Origin: Promethearchaeota archaeon
GTDB lineage: Archaea > Asgardarchaeota > Lokiarchaeia > Sigyniarchaeales > SOKP01
Assembly: GCA_004524535.1 (NCBI GenBank)
Contig: SDNY01000011.1
Coordinates: 1-45,001 of the forward strand
Direction of reading: 5' to 3'
DNA: 45,001 nt
This document shows positions 19,646 through 29,891 of this stretch, in pieces; the first letter of the stretch is position 1; each line of letters opens with the position of its first letter. The notes below the pieces were generated by a model. It had not been told where the DNA came from. It worked only from the letters and a program-made list of their open reading frames with translations, and made no database searches. The position numbers and the translations under genes were made by a program.

Positions 19646-20881
19646 TTGAGTTTAAGATTAAAATTTGAATATTATCCAAAAATAGAGAGTGCTCTACTTA
19701 AAGATGCAAATAAAGTCATCCAACAAAATAAAGAAAAATGGGATCCTCCTTTCTTTACTGATACAAAATCTCATATAGACATAGAAAAAATCCAAAAGAC
19801 AACCAAACATGTTATAAATAAAGATTTAAGAAATGTTATTGTTTTAGGAACGGGGGGATCAATTCAAACTTTGTTGGCACTAAAACATTTAGCTATGAAA
19901 AAAATTTATCCTATAACGAGTTCACGGGCAGTTGAGTTAAATAAATGTCTGAACGAGACAAATCCGGAAGATTCTATTGTGATTCCTATTTCTCGAGGTG
20001 GGGAAACACTAGATGTAAATTCTACTATAGGAACTTTTCTTAAGGAGGATTATAAATTTATTGGTCTTTCTTCAATGGGTACTATGAATGAAATATTAAA
20101 AAAAATAAACTGTCCTATTTTAGATGTTCCTGATTTGTCAGGTCGGTATGCTGGTTCCATTTCCAACGTAGGAATTGTTCCTGCGTATCTCTCAGGGATT
20201 AATATTGAAGATTTTATAAGAGGATTAGAAGAAGGATATAAATTATATATGAACTCTGAGAACAACATTGCTATAGAATTTTCATGTTATCTTTTTAATT
20301 TATATAAAAAAGGGTATAAATTAGTATTTTCTATGCCATATTCAAAGAACCTTGAAGGAAGTGTGGGATTATTTGTTCAATGTATATCAGAAAGTACAGG
20401 TAAAGATGGGAAAGGTTTGATGGGTACATTCCAATCTGCCCCTATATGTCAACATTCTGTATTGGAGTATCTCTTAGGAGGCACTAAAGGCGCTACAATT
20501 CCTATCTTATGGACCATTAACAACGAAAATTCAGATTTAACGCTAGAATCTTCTATTAACTACATCCATGGTCAAACAGCACAGAGAATTATAAATTACC
20601 AGGCAGATGCAACATTCCAAGCGTTAATCGAGCAAAGTGTGCCTTCTGTTAAAATCTCAATCGATACTCCTAAAGAAATTGTCATTGGGCATCTAATCTC
20701 TTTTATCCTATCCACGATATACTATCTATGTATATTTTTAGATGTAAATTGGGCTAATAATCCAAAAGTTGTTATTGGAAAGAAAATCTGCAATAAAGCT
20801 TTAAAGGATAAAGTTTCGTCTGAAGAAAGAGAAAAAATAAGAGAAAAAATAGCTGACGATATTTTTAGAAATTTTTTCTAA
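19646..20881 (+). CDS. Glucose-6-phosphate isomerase-like double-SIS protein
   Basis: LGTGGS, ISRGGETLD, SGRY, QCISESTGKDGKG and QHS match PGI-family motifs. TTG start with upstream GGTGA. Confidence 0.7.
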   Translation: MSLRLKFEYYPKIESALLKDANKVIQQNKEKWDPPFFTDTKSHIDIEKIQKTTKHVINKDLRNVIVLGTGGSIQTLLALKHLAMKKIYPITSSRAVELNKCLNETNPEDSIVIPISRGGETLDVNSTIGTFLKEDYKFIGLSSMGTMNEILKKINCPILDVPDLSGRYAGSISNVGIVPAYLSGINIEDFIRGLEEGYKLYMNSENNIAIEFSCYLFNLYKKGYKLVFSMPYSKNLEGSVGLFVQCISESTGKDGKGLMGTFQSAPICQHSVLEYLLGGTKGATIPILWTINNENSDLTLESSINYIHGQTAQRIINYQADATFQALIEQSVPSVKISIDTPKEIVIGHLISFILSTIYYLCIFLDVNWANNPKVVIGKKICNKALKDKVSSEEREKIREKIADDIFRNFF

Positions 20882-20915
20882 TCTTTTTTTGTTATAAAAT
20901 TTTATTTTATTAATT

Positions 20916-22355
20916 CTAATTTTGGTTTATGAAAGCAGTGTATAAAACATTTACCGCTTTTTTACAATCTTTCCTTTCAATTATGAAAGTTATATTTAAT
21001 TCCGATGATCCTTGAGCAATTGCTCTTACGTTTATATTATTATTACCCATTGTAGTAAAAACTTTTCCAGCAATACCAGGAGTTTGAAGCATTCCCGCAC
21101 CAATTACAGCAATTAAAGAAATGTCATTATCAATTTTTATGGAAAACCACTGCTTACCAAAAAATTCAGAATTTCTTAATAAAAAGCTTACTCTCATTGA
21201 ATCTTCTAAATCAATTCCAAATGTAATATTATTTTCCGAAGAACTTTGCGATATAAATTTAATATTTACATTATTATCCCCAAGAAGAGAAAATAATTTT
21301 GATACTGTACCATGTAAAGATATCATAGTTCCACTTTCAATTGTTACCATTGTCAGTCTTTCGATTGAGGTTATAGCTTTAATTTTTTTATCGTCCTTAA
21401 CAATTTCTTTAGTAATAATGGTAAATTCGTTTGTTTCTGGATCATTAAAATCTCTAATTTCTGATGGAATATCTCTTTTTTCGTTAACATCAAGACATAC
21501 AGGATGTAGTACTTTTGAACCAAAAAAAGCTAATTCCTTTGCTTCAATGTAAGATATTTGCCTTAATAGATCTGTTTTATCTGAAATTTTTGGATCAGCA
21601 TTTAAAAATCCTTTAACATCTTTCCAGTAAATGACCTTAGTGTTATATTTTGGCATTAAACAAAAAGCCAAAATTGCTGCTGTTAGATCAGTTCCTCCAC
21701 GACCTAAAGTTGTAATTTTTTTATTTTTAGTTGCCCCATAATACCCAGTCACACAAATTAGATCAATTAAATCTGATTCTAATATTGGAACTATTTTTTT
21801 CTCAACTAATTCTTGACACTCGTCTAAGATTGGGAGGGCATTACCAAAGTTTTCGTCAGTAATGATAATCTCTTCAGATGATATAAATTGAGATTTAAGA
21901 TCTTTATCAATTGAATTAAAATATTGAGAGAAAATAAAAGTGCTTAGTCGTTCTCCATAAGATACTATTATATCTTGAATATCCATACTCGGTCTCAATA
22001 AACGAACAATTCGTCCTAATTGACTTAATTCTTCAATATTATCGTCTAAGAAATCCAATGTATCATTATATTCAAGTTTAGTTTCATCAATGATCTCATC
22101 GATTATTTTTTTATGAATATTGTAAATATTTTCTATGATAAAATCACATTCAGTAGCTTCCTCACACGATTTTGTATAAAAATCTATAAGTTTATCGGTT
22201 ATCCCTTTTATAGCGGATGTAACTATTATTAATTTTTGATTCAAGTATTTTTTTATAATTTGAGTTGTTTTTTCAAATGATTTTGTATCTTGTAAGCACG
22301 AACCACCAAATTTCATTACAATAAGGTCTTTTTTTTTAATCGTCAATTTAAACAC
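20916..22355 (-). CDS. lysC: Aspartate kinase with two ACT domains
   Basis: MKFGGS, SYGERLS, TTLGRGGTD, KDVKGFLNADP, EAKELAFFGSKVLHP, and C-terminal ACT (GAGM..PGIAGKVF, AIAQGSSE). Confidence 0.92.
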   Translation of the reverse strand: MFKLTIKKKDLIVMKFGGSCLQDTKSFEKTTQIIKKYLNQKLIIVTSAIKGITDKLIDFYTKSCEEATECDFIIENIYNIHKKIIDEIIDETKLEYNDTLDFLDDNIEELSQLGRIVRLLRPSMDIQDIIVSYGERLSTFIFSQYFNSIDKDLKSQFISSEEIIITDENFGNALPILDECQELVEKKIVPILESDLIDLICVTGYYGATKNKKITTLGRGGTDLTAAILAFCLMPKYNTKVIYWKDVKGFLNADPKISDKTDLLRQISYIEAKELAFFGSKVLHPVCLDVNEKRDIPSEIRDFNDPETNEFTIITKEIVKDDKKIKAITSIERLTMVTIESGTMISLHGTVSKLFSLLGDNNVNIKFISQSSSENNITFGIDLEDSMRVSFLLRNSEFFGKQWFSIKIDNDISLIAVIGAGMLQTPGIAGKVFTTMGNNNINVRAIAQGSSELNITFIIERKDCKKAVNVLYTAFINQN

Positions 22356-22498
22356 CAGTTAAGTATCTTATAATAATAATCAATAAGAAACAAAGTAAAT
22401 AGATTTTTTTATAAATCATTAAAAAAGAATGGAAAAAATTAAAGAATTTAGAAATTAATTCTTTTTTATAATAAATAGGAAAAAAAAAAATATTTTCG

Positions 22499-23290
22499 AT
22501 GAAGTTAAGTATAATTATTCCTTGCTATAATGAAGAATCTACTCTTAAAAAATTATTAGAGCATCTATTTAAGGTTCAATTTCCTATAGAAAGAGAGATT
22601 ATTGTTATTGATGATGGATCTGCAAGAAATCATAAAGAATTTATTAAAGAAGAGATAAATTCAAATAAAATTTCATTCATAAGGTTACCTCAAAATCAAG
22701 GAAAAGGATTTGCAATTAGAGTTGGATTAAAATATGCTTCTGGTGATGTTTTTATAAATCAAGATGCTGATTTTGAATATATTCCTTCCGATATACCTAA
22801 GCTATTAAATCCAATATTAAAAAATAAAGCTAATGTAGTTTATGGCACAAGATTTGCTACAAGACCAAAATTTATGTCTAAGTCCCATTATTTAGCGAAT
22901 ATAGTTCTAACAAAAATAGCCAATTTCATATATCATACTAATTTAACAGATATGGAAACAGGGTACAAATTATTTACTAAGAAAGTCTTAAGTAAAATTA
23001 AACTTAACGCTCGACAATTTGAATTTGACCCAGAAATTACATCTAAAATAATTTTAAGTGGCTTTAAAATTCATGAAATACCGATTCAATATAAATATCG
23101 TGATTTTAGTGACTCTAAAATCAATTGGCTTGATGGAGTTGAATGTTTATTTATTCTTCTTCAACAAAGATTTTGTCCAAAATCAAATTTATATCAATTT
23201 ATATATGAAATCTTTAAATATCACTTTAAAAAAATCATTCTTAAATTAACAAAATTTATAGCTAAATTTGTTTATATGCGTCGAGTTTAA
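22499..23290 (+). CDS. GT2 glycosyltransferase (dolichol/polyprenol-phosphate hexose synthase-like)
   Basis: IIIPCYNE, IDDGS, NQGKGFA, QDADFEY, VVYGTRF, TDMETGYK. Confidence 0.9.
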   Translation: MKLSIIIPCYNEESTLKKLLEHLFKVQFPIEREIIVIDDGSARNHKEFIKEEINSNKISFIRLPQNQGKGFAIRVGLKYASGDVFINQDADFEYIPSDIPKLLNPILKNKANVVYGTRFATRPKFMSKSHYLANIVLTKIANFIYHTNLTDMETGYKLFTKKVLSKIKLNARQFEFDPEITSKIILSGFKIHEIPIQYKYRDFSDSKINWLDGVECLFILLQQRFCPKSNLYQFIYEIFKYHFKKIILKLTKFIAKFVYMRRV

Positions 23291-23291
23291 T

Positions 23292-24668
23292 TCATTTTAA
23301 ACTATCAATAAATCTATTCAAAAGAGCCCAAAAATGCTTAAGTGATTGAATTTCTTTAAGAATTCCAATAATAATTTTAGGTCTAAGATAGAACTCAAGA
23401 TAGGCTCTTCTTTGCATATTTTTCATCATCTTTCGAGTCATACCATCTGGGACATATCCCACATCATGCACAAAAAAGTGGTCATAGTTGATTTTTTTCA
23501 TTCCCTTATCCATTATTTCCTTATAAAGCTCGGATCCAGGCAACGGCATAAAATTATTAAATTGAGCTCTATTAATGTTTACTAATTTTGATAATCCAAT
23601 AGTTTGAAGCATTTCATATTTAGTTTCTCCAGGTATTCCAAACATAAAAAAGCCTGTAGTTTTTATATTGATATTATTAAAAATTTTCATTTTTTCTATA
23701 ATTTTCTTAATTGAAAGATGTTTTTTTGTAATATTATGTATACGCTGAGAGCCAAATTCAAGGCCTAATGCCAAAGAATGGCACCCTGATCTCTCCATAA
23801 GTTTTAACCCATCTTCATCTAGGGTATCAATCCTCACGCCTGAAGGACAACTCCATGTGATATTCATCTTTAATTTTATTAGAGTTTCACAAAATTCCGT
23901 TAAAAGTTTCTTGAATAAAGTGAAGTTTTCGTCTTCTATTAAAAAATCTCTTACTCCATAATTTTTTTTCAAAAACTTCATCTCCTTAATCACATTTTCT
24001 ATAGATCTTTTTCTAATTCGACGTGTGGTAACTGCTTTACCAGCACAAAAAGTACATTCCATTGGACAACCTCTTGTTATAATTATCGGAGCTGTGGGGA
24101 AGCTTTTGAAGAATCCACCATGGGGCATTGGGGGGTAATTTCTTGGATCCATTAAATCCCAAGCTGGAAATGGAATAGTATCGAGATCTTCAACTATTTC
24201 TATTGGATTAATTATTATTTTGTTTCCTTTCCGCCATATTAGATTTGGTACTTCTTGGAAATTTGGATTATTTGATTGAAGCTGAGACAAGAGCTCAGGA
24301 AAAGCAATTTCTGCCTCACATATTAAAGCAAAATCCGCTCTTGGAAAATCTTTTAATATTTCTTCATGAACTCCTGAGGGATGATAACCACCAAGAACTA
24401 TAATCGTATCCGGTTGAAATTTTCTTATGATATTTATATGCTTTCTTGTAGGAGTTACATCAAAGGTAAACATTTGAATGCCAATAACATCAAAATCATT
24501 GTTTTTAATGTAATTTTGAAAATCACCAAATGTAAAATTTTTTTGAAGACAATGCAGTATTGTAACATCATGTCCAGACTCTCTTAAAACAGATGCAATA
24601 TAACCAATGCCGAGACTTGGCATTATAACATAGCTTCTGTTTATTGGCATCATCAGCAAGATTTTCAT
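23292..24668 (-). CDS. Cobalamin-binding radical SAM protein
   Basis: PSLGIGYIAS, VLGGYHPS (B12-binding domain), TRGCPMECTFC, EDENF, GLEFGS, FMFGIPGET. Confidence 0.92.
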   Translation of the reverse strand: MKILLMMPINRSYVIMPSLGIGYIASVLRESGHDVTILHCLQKNFTFGDFQNYIKNNDFDVIGIQMFTFDVTPTRKHINIIRKFQPDTIIVLGGYHPSGVHEEILKDFPRADFALICEAEIAFPELLSQLQSNNPNFQEVPNLIWRKGNKIIINPIEIVEDLDTIPFPAWDLMDPRNYPPMPHGGFFKSFPTAPIIITRGCPMECTFCAGKAVTTRRIRKRSIENVIKEMKFLKKNYGVRDFLIEDENFTLFKKLLTEFCETLIKLKMNITWSCPSGVRIDTLDEDGLKLMERSGCHSLALGLEFGSQRIHNITKKHLSIKKIIEKMKIFNNINIKTTGFFMFGIPGETKYEMLQTIGLSKLVNINRAQFNNFMPLPGSELYKEIMDKGMKKINYDHFFVHDVGYVPDGMTRKMMKNMQRRAYLEFYLRPKIIIGILKEIQSLKHFWALLNRFIDSLK

Positions 24669-24889
24669 TTTAGTGATCCAGTGGCAATTTTATTTCCTAG
24701 TAAAATTTGGTAATCTTGTTTAAATTTAAAAATATAGGTTTTTAAATTAAGTTTCTGTGACTATTTGATTTTCTATTAAAAAACAGATTAAAATCAATTG
24801 GTAAAATTCAATAAATATAAATATTAAATATATTTTGATATTTCAACTTAGAAATTATTGCAATATAAATAATAAAGAACTAAGAGAAA

Positions 24890-25888
24890 ATGAAAGAAAT
24901 AACAAAGAGAATTTTGATTGGAATCTCTACAATCATGTTAATTATTGTCATGATTCTCTATGTTGATATAAAGGAAATTCTAAATAATTTAAATAAAATT
25001 TCAGTATTAGGAATATTCTTATTTATACTGATTTATACAACCACATTTATTTTACGTTCATTTAAACTAAAACAAGTATTTCATGGTTTAAATCTTAAAT
25101 CTTCACTCTTAATATTATATTGTTCCTATGGTGTTGGATTTGCCATTAATGAATTAACACCAGGTAAATTTGGGGACCTAGCAAGAATTGAATTTATACA
25201 ACAAAAGGAAAAAAATATATCATTATCTAAGAGTCTTTGTGGTGTATCAATCGAGAGATTTATAGATTTACTAGTACTGTTTTCATTTATTAGTTTAGTT
25301 ACTATTTATTTATATTTAAATAATTTCAAGGGAACCTCCAATCTAAACTTACATATTTATTTAGGTATTGGTGCACTTCTCCTATGTGGAGCCATAGTGG
25401 TGTTAATTTTACTTTTTTTCACATCTAATTGGATCTTAAATATTATTGGTAAGATTTCTTCAAAGTTTAAGCATAGATTGGAGCTTTTTCTTGAGAATTT
25501 TTTGAACGGAGTGAATGAATTTAGAAAAAATAAGAAAAGTTTAATTAAAGTTATTATCCTGAGTTTTCCAACATGGTTTTTGGATACGCTTACTCTCGTG
25601 CTTCTTTTTTATTTACTTGGATATGAAATTCACATATTCATAATTATAATGGCTCAAATAATAGTATTCTTTACAAAAGCATTTCCTATTACCCCTGGTG
25701 GATGGGTTATTTCGGAAAATGTAGGTTCCTTATTAATTTTTTTATTTTATCCATCAATTCCTTATAATATTATATTATCTATTTTTATTTTGGATCATTT
25801 AATAAGATCTGCCTATATATTTGTTTATGGAGTATTTTCTTCTGTTGGTTTTAATTTTAAATTTGAAAAAATGATAAAACAGATTTAA
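24890..25888 (+). CDS. Flippase-like membrane protein (lysylphosphatidylglycerol synthase TM / UPF0104 family)
   Basis: NELTPGKFGDLAR, IERFIDL and PITPGGWVISE motifs; multiple TM segments. Confidence 0.85.
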   Translation: MKEITKRILIGISTIMLIIVMILYVDIKEILNNLNKISVLGIFLFILIYTTTFILRSFKLKQVFHGLNLKSSLLILYCSYGVGFAINELTPGKFGDLARIEFIQQKEKNISLSKSLCGVSIERFIDLLVLFSFISLVTIYLYLNNFKGTSNLNLHIYLGIGALLLCGAIVVLILLFFTSNWILNIIGKISSKFKHRLELFLENFLNGVNEFRKNKKSLIKVIILSFPTWFLDTLTLVLLFYLLGYEIHIFIIIMAQIIVFFTKAFPITPGGWVISENVGSLLIFLFYPSIPYNIILSIFILDHLIRSAYIFVYGVFSSVGFNFKFEKMIKQI

Positions 25889-25946
25889 AGGAACCAAATG
25901 AGAATTTATATGATGGAATAAAGAGATTTTAAGACTTAAATTCAAA

Positions 25947-26063
25947 TTAATACAATAGAATAATTATTAAAATTAATATAAATACTCCAATTAAAGAAAA
26001 AAATAATGCCATAAGATGATTATCTACTTTTATCTCCCTTTTTATCAATTCTAAATTTAAATT
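25947..26063 (-). pseudogene. Relic 3' fragment of a third paralogue of the GT-C-like genes
   Basis: Translates NLNLELIKREIKVDNHLMALFFSLIGVFILILIIILLY*, aligning to KLNLGVIKREIIVNNHLLTFYLSFIGVFYSILIIIFYL* of 27402..28451. Confidence 0.75.
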
Positions 26064-26159
26064 GCTTAGGAGATTTATGTACTTATTTTAACAAGTTTAA
26101 GTTATTGATTACAATGAAAAAAACTCTGAATTAGTATGATAAAAAATATTTTTATTAAA

Positions 26160-27221
26160 TTAATAGATTGGAGTTTTAAAAATAAAAATAATTATAATAT
26201 ATGATAAAAATACTCCAATAAATGACAAATAAAACGTCAGCAGATGATTATTTACTATTATTTTTTTTTTTAAAAATTTTAAATTCAATTTAAACCTAAA
26301 AAATTCTCTCTCCTTTAAAATTCCATAAAAAATTATAGATTGAAACCATCTTAAATATGGCCAGCTGAAAAATAAATAAGTACCGAGCGCAATCATTGAA
26401 ATTATGATTATTTCAAAAATATCAGAATTTTTTAATCTAAATAAAAGAAATAAAATAAATATACATATAAAAGGAATTAATCTTATATATATAGGCACAT
26501 AAGAACCTCTCTCATTCCACTCTGCTAATGATTGATAATAGTAAGGTAAGTAAAAAAGGGGTAAAACTATAAAAATGAAAATTAATAACGGGATAATGGT
26601 AAGAGAGATTTTTAAATCTTTCCAGTCTTTTTCATATAGAAATTTAATAAATAGAAATCCTATTGCTGGTATGGTATAAAACTTAATACACATTGATAAA
26701 CCTAAAAAGAGATAAAATAGATATCTCGCATAGATCTCTTTTTTTGGGTAAAATATCAATGCTAATAATAAAAAGAAGAAGAAGAAAGAATCTGTAATAT
26801 GATATCCGCAATTTTCTAAGCTAAAGGAATTATTTAGAAACCAAAACGGATTTAGCAAAAATAAAGCAAATGCATATTTTGTATTATTAATGTTAAAACT
26901 CTTTAAAACGAAATAAAACATCAAACATATCAATAGATCCCAAAAAAAAGCCCAAAAAGCAAAAATTTCAATACTTCTAAAAGATAAAAACACAAATACC
27001 AAAATAAAAATTTGAGTCAGTATCGGATAACCTCCCCATTGCTTAGAATAATTTAATTGAACATCTCCCCAAGATTTTTGAGGATTTAACATATGGATAT
27101 AATAATAATAAAATAACATAATTATTCTTGCCATAATACCTAAAAAAATAAAGATTAAAGCCTTTTTGGCAAAAATTTTATCCAAAATTCTTTTTTCTTC
27201 TATAACAACTTCATTTTCCAT
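26160..27221 (-). CDS. Polytopic membrane protein, putative GT-C glycosyltransferase (GT87/PIG-M-like), paralogue 1
   Basis: About 10 TM; WGDV...YP loop after TM1; FLLNPF, HITDSF, GLSMCIKFY. Family assignment is inferred. Confidence 0.65.
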   Translation of the reverse strand: MENEVVIEEKRILDKIFAKKALIFIFLGIMARIIMLFYYYYIHMLNPQKSWGDVQLNYSKQWGGYPILTQIFILVFVFLSFRSIEIFAFWAFFWDLLICLMFYFVLKSFNINNTKYAFALFLLNPFWFLNNSFSLENCGYHITDSFFFFFLLLALIFYPKKEIYARYLFYLFLGLSMCIKFYTIPAIGFLFIKFLYEKDWKDLKISLTIIPLLIFIFIVLPLFYLPYYYQSLAEWNERGSYVPIYIRLIPFICIFILFLLFRLKNSDIFEIIIISMIALGTYLFFSWPYLRWFQSIIFYGILKEREFFRFKLNLKFLKKKIIVNNHLLTFYLSFIGVFLSYIIIIFIFKTPIY

Positions 27222-27243
27222 AAATATTCACCATAAAGAACAT

Positions 27244-27260
27244 CTTATAAAGTTTTTTTT
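27244..27260 (-). promoter_or_regulatory. BRE/TATA-like promoter, duplicated upstream of both paralogues
   Basis: Minus strand AAAAAAC-TTTATAAG lies 23-30 nt before the ATG at 27221, with the same element before the ATG at 28451. Confidence 0.55.
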
Positions 27261-27401
27261 AATTGAGAATTTATCCTAAATTAAATTTACTAAAGAAAAT
27301 TCTGTATTTATTTTAACAAATTTAATTTATTAAATCTAATGAAAAAAATTCTGAATTAGAAGTATAAAAAAAAAATCTCATTAAATTAATAGCTTGAAGT
27401 T

Positions 27402-28451
27402 TTATAAATAAAAAATAATAATTAAAATTGAGTAAAAGACTCCAATAAATGACAAGTAAAAAGTCAATAGATGATTATTTACAATTATTTCTCTCTTTAT
27501 AACTCCTAAATTCAATTTAAACCTAAAAAATTCTCTCTCCTTTAAAATTCCGTAAAATATTATAGATTGAAACCATCTTAAAAATGGCCAACTAAAAAAG
27601 AGGTAAGTACCGAACGCAACCATTGAAATTATTATTGTTTCAAAAACATCAGACTTTTCTAATCTATATACAATAAATAAAGTAAATATACATATAAAAG
27701 GAAATGCTCTTATAAATCTTGGCACATAAGAACCTTTTAAATTCCATATTGCTAATGCTACATAATGATAAGGTAAGTAAAAAAGTGGTAAAACTATCAA
27801 TACTATCAATAGTGGGACGATGAGAATTCCCATTATTTTTAATTCTTCCCAGTTTTTTTCATATAGAAATTTAATAAATAGAAATCCTATTGCTGGGATA
27901 GTGTAGTATTTTATACACATTGATAATCCTAAAAAGATGTAAAACAAATATCTAGCATAACGCTCTTTTCTTGGATAATATATCAATGCCAGGAAAAAAA
28001 AGAACAAAAAGAATGATTCTGTAATATGATATCCACAACCCTCTAAGCTAAAAATATTGATAAAAAATAATAATGGATTGATTAAAAAAAACCCAAAAGC
28101 ATAACCTTTATTTTTAATATTAAAACTTCTTATAACAAAATAGAACATCAAACATGTCAACAATTCCCAAAAAAAAGCCCAAAAAACAAAAACTTCAAAC
28201 CTTCTAAAAGATAAAAACACAAATACATCAATAAAAATTTTACTCACCAAAGGATAATGCTCACTGGATTCATGATGATAATTTCTATAAACATCTCCCC
28301 AAGATATATAAGGATTTAACAGATGAATGTAATAATAAAAAAAAAGAATGAATACTCTTGCTGTAATACCTAGAAAAATGAAGATTAAAGCCTTTATGGC
28401 ATAAATTTTATCCAAACCTTTTTTTTCTTCTATACTAACCTCATTTTCCAT
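27402..28451 (-). CDS. Polytopic membrane protein, putative GT-C glycosyltransferase, paralogue 2
   Basis: Colinear with and highly similar to 26160..27221; start codons are 1230 bp apart. Confidence 0.65.
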   Translation of the reverse strand: MENEVSIEEKKGLDKIYAIKALIFIFLGITARVFILFFYYYIHLLNPYISWGDVYRNYHHESSEHYPLVSKIFIDVFVFLSFRRFEVFVFWAFFWELLTCLMFYFVIRSFNIKNKGYAFGFFLINPLLFFINIFSLEGCGYHITESFFLFFFFLALIYYPRKERYARYLFYIFLGLSMCIKYYTIPAIGFLFIKFLYEKNWEELKIMGILIVPLLIVLIVLPLFYLPYHYVALAIWNLKGSYVPRFIRAFPFICIFTLFIVYRLEKSDVFETIIISMVAFGTYLFFSWPFLRWFQSIIFYGILKEREFFRFKLNLGVIKREIIVNNHLLTFYLSFIGVFYSILIIIFYL

Positions 28452-28576
28452 AAATATTCACCATATAAAACATCTTATAAAGTTTTTTCTTTATTGACAT
28501 ATTTATCCTAAATTTAATTTACATGGATACATAAATATTTATGGAAAGAATATTAACAATTGGTATTTATATTAAA

Positions 28577-29839
28577 ATGAAAAAAGTTGAACTGTTAGCC
28601 CCCGCAAAAAATTTCAAGGCAATAAAAGCAGCTTTAAAATATGCGGATTCTATTTATTTTGGAGTTAAAAAGCTTAATATGAGAATGCGGTCAGAGAATA
28701 TAGCTTTAGAAGATCTAAATAAAATAGTAGATTATTGTGAGAAAAATAATTTAAAAACAATATTAGCAACAAACGTTCTCGTATACGATAACGATTTGGA
28801 ATTACTTCGTGAAATATTAGAGAAAGCTAAAGATGCAGGAGTCAATGCGGTGATTGTTCATGATTTAGCAGCAATACAAATATCTAGAGAAATTAAATTA
28901 CCCTTTCATATATCCACACAATGTAATGTATCTAATTCAATATCTGCTGAATTTTACGAACAATTAGGTGCTGAACGTATTATTTTAGCTCGCGAATTAT
29001 CACTAGAAAAGATTAAAGAAATTAAAAGAAATATGACAAAAGCAGAAATCGAAGTGTTCATTCATGGTGCAATGTGTACATCAATAAGTGGTAGATGCTA
29101 TTTTTCGCAAGATATTTGTGGTACAGAAGAAAAATCAGCAAATAGAGGTAGTTGTATTCAACCTTGCAGAAGAAGATGGTGGTTGAAGGGTGAATCCGGA
29201 GAAGAATACATTTATGATGGAGTTCGATTCTTGAACTCAAGAGATTTATGTACTATAGCTTACATACCGCAATTAATCGAGGCTAACATTGATGCGTTTA
29301 AGATCGAAGGGCGAATGAGACACCCTCATTATGTTGAAATTGTGAGTAAAACATATCGAGAGGCAATTGAAGCTTATTATAGTGGAACATTTACGGAAAA
29401 AAAAGTGGGTAGATGGATTACAGATTTAAAAAAAGTTTATAATAGAGGTTTTACGCCTGGTTTTTATTTCAAAAGGATGACTGAAGATGACCATCAACAT
29501 AAATCACCTGCAAATTTATCTCACTTTAGATATATCAAAGTTGGATGGGTTGAAAAATATAATCAAAAAACCCAAACCGCACTTATTTTCTTAAATAATG
29601 GATATTTAACTAAAAACGATGATTTAATTATAATGGGTAAAAATACTGACACATATATTCATCAAAGAGCTAAATCAATAAAATACAAAGGAAAAAATGT
29701 CATCAAAACACCTCGAGGAAAACTAAATAATATTATTAAAGTTGAATTAAAACTCGATGATAATGCGGTTGGTAATGTGGAAGATCGGATTTATATATTT
29801 ACAGATAAAACATACGGAAAAAAAAAATATTCTTTATAA
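28577..29839 (+). CDS. Peptidase U32 family protein (TrhP/RlhA-like Fe-S RNA hydroxylation family)
   Basis: ELLAPA, HISTQ, RIILARELS, HGAMCTSISGRC, ANRGSCIQPCR, FKIEGR. ATG 28577 is a more likely start than 28541. Confidence 0.92.
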   Translation: MKKVELLAPAKNFKAIKAALKYADSIYFGVKKLNMRMRSENIALEDLNKIVDYCEKNNLKTILATNVLVYDNDLELLREILEKAKDAGVNAVIVHDLAAIQISREIKLPFHISTQCNVSNSISAEFYEQLGAERIILARELSLEKIKEIKRNMTKAEIEVFIHGAMCTSISGRCYFSQDICGTEEKSANRGSCIQPCRRRWWLKGESGEEYIYDGVRFLNSRDLCTIAYIPQLIEANIDAFKIEGRMRHPHYVEIVSKTYREAIEAYYSGTFTEKKVGRWITDLKKVYNRGFTPGFYFKRMTEDDHQHKSPANLSHFRYIKVGWVEKYNQKTQTALIFLNNGYLTKNDDLIIMGKNTDTYIHQRAKSIKYKGKNVIKTPRGKLNNIIKVELKLDDNAVGNVEDRIYIFTDKTYGKKKYSL

Positions 29840-29891
29840 GCACTGGAAAACAAAACAATGGAGGTACTTAATGATATTTTCGTCAAAATTA

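Noticed and set aside
26261-26271. 11-nt homopolymer in a GT-C-like gene as a phase-variation tract
   Set aside because: In frame, near the 3' end, and such runs are common at this AT content.
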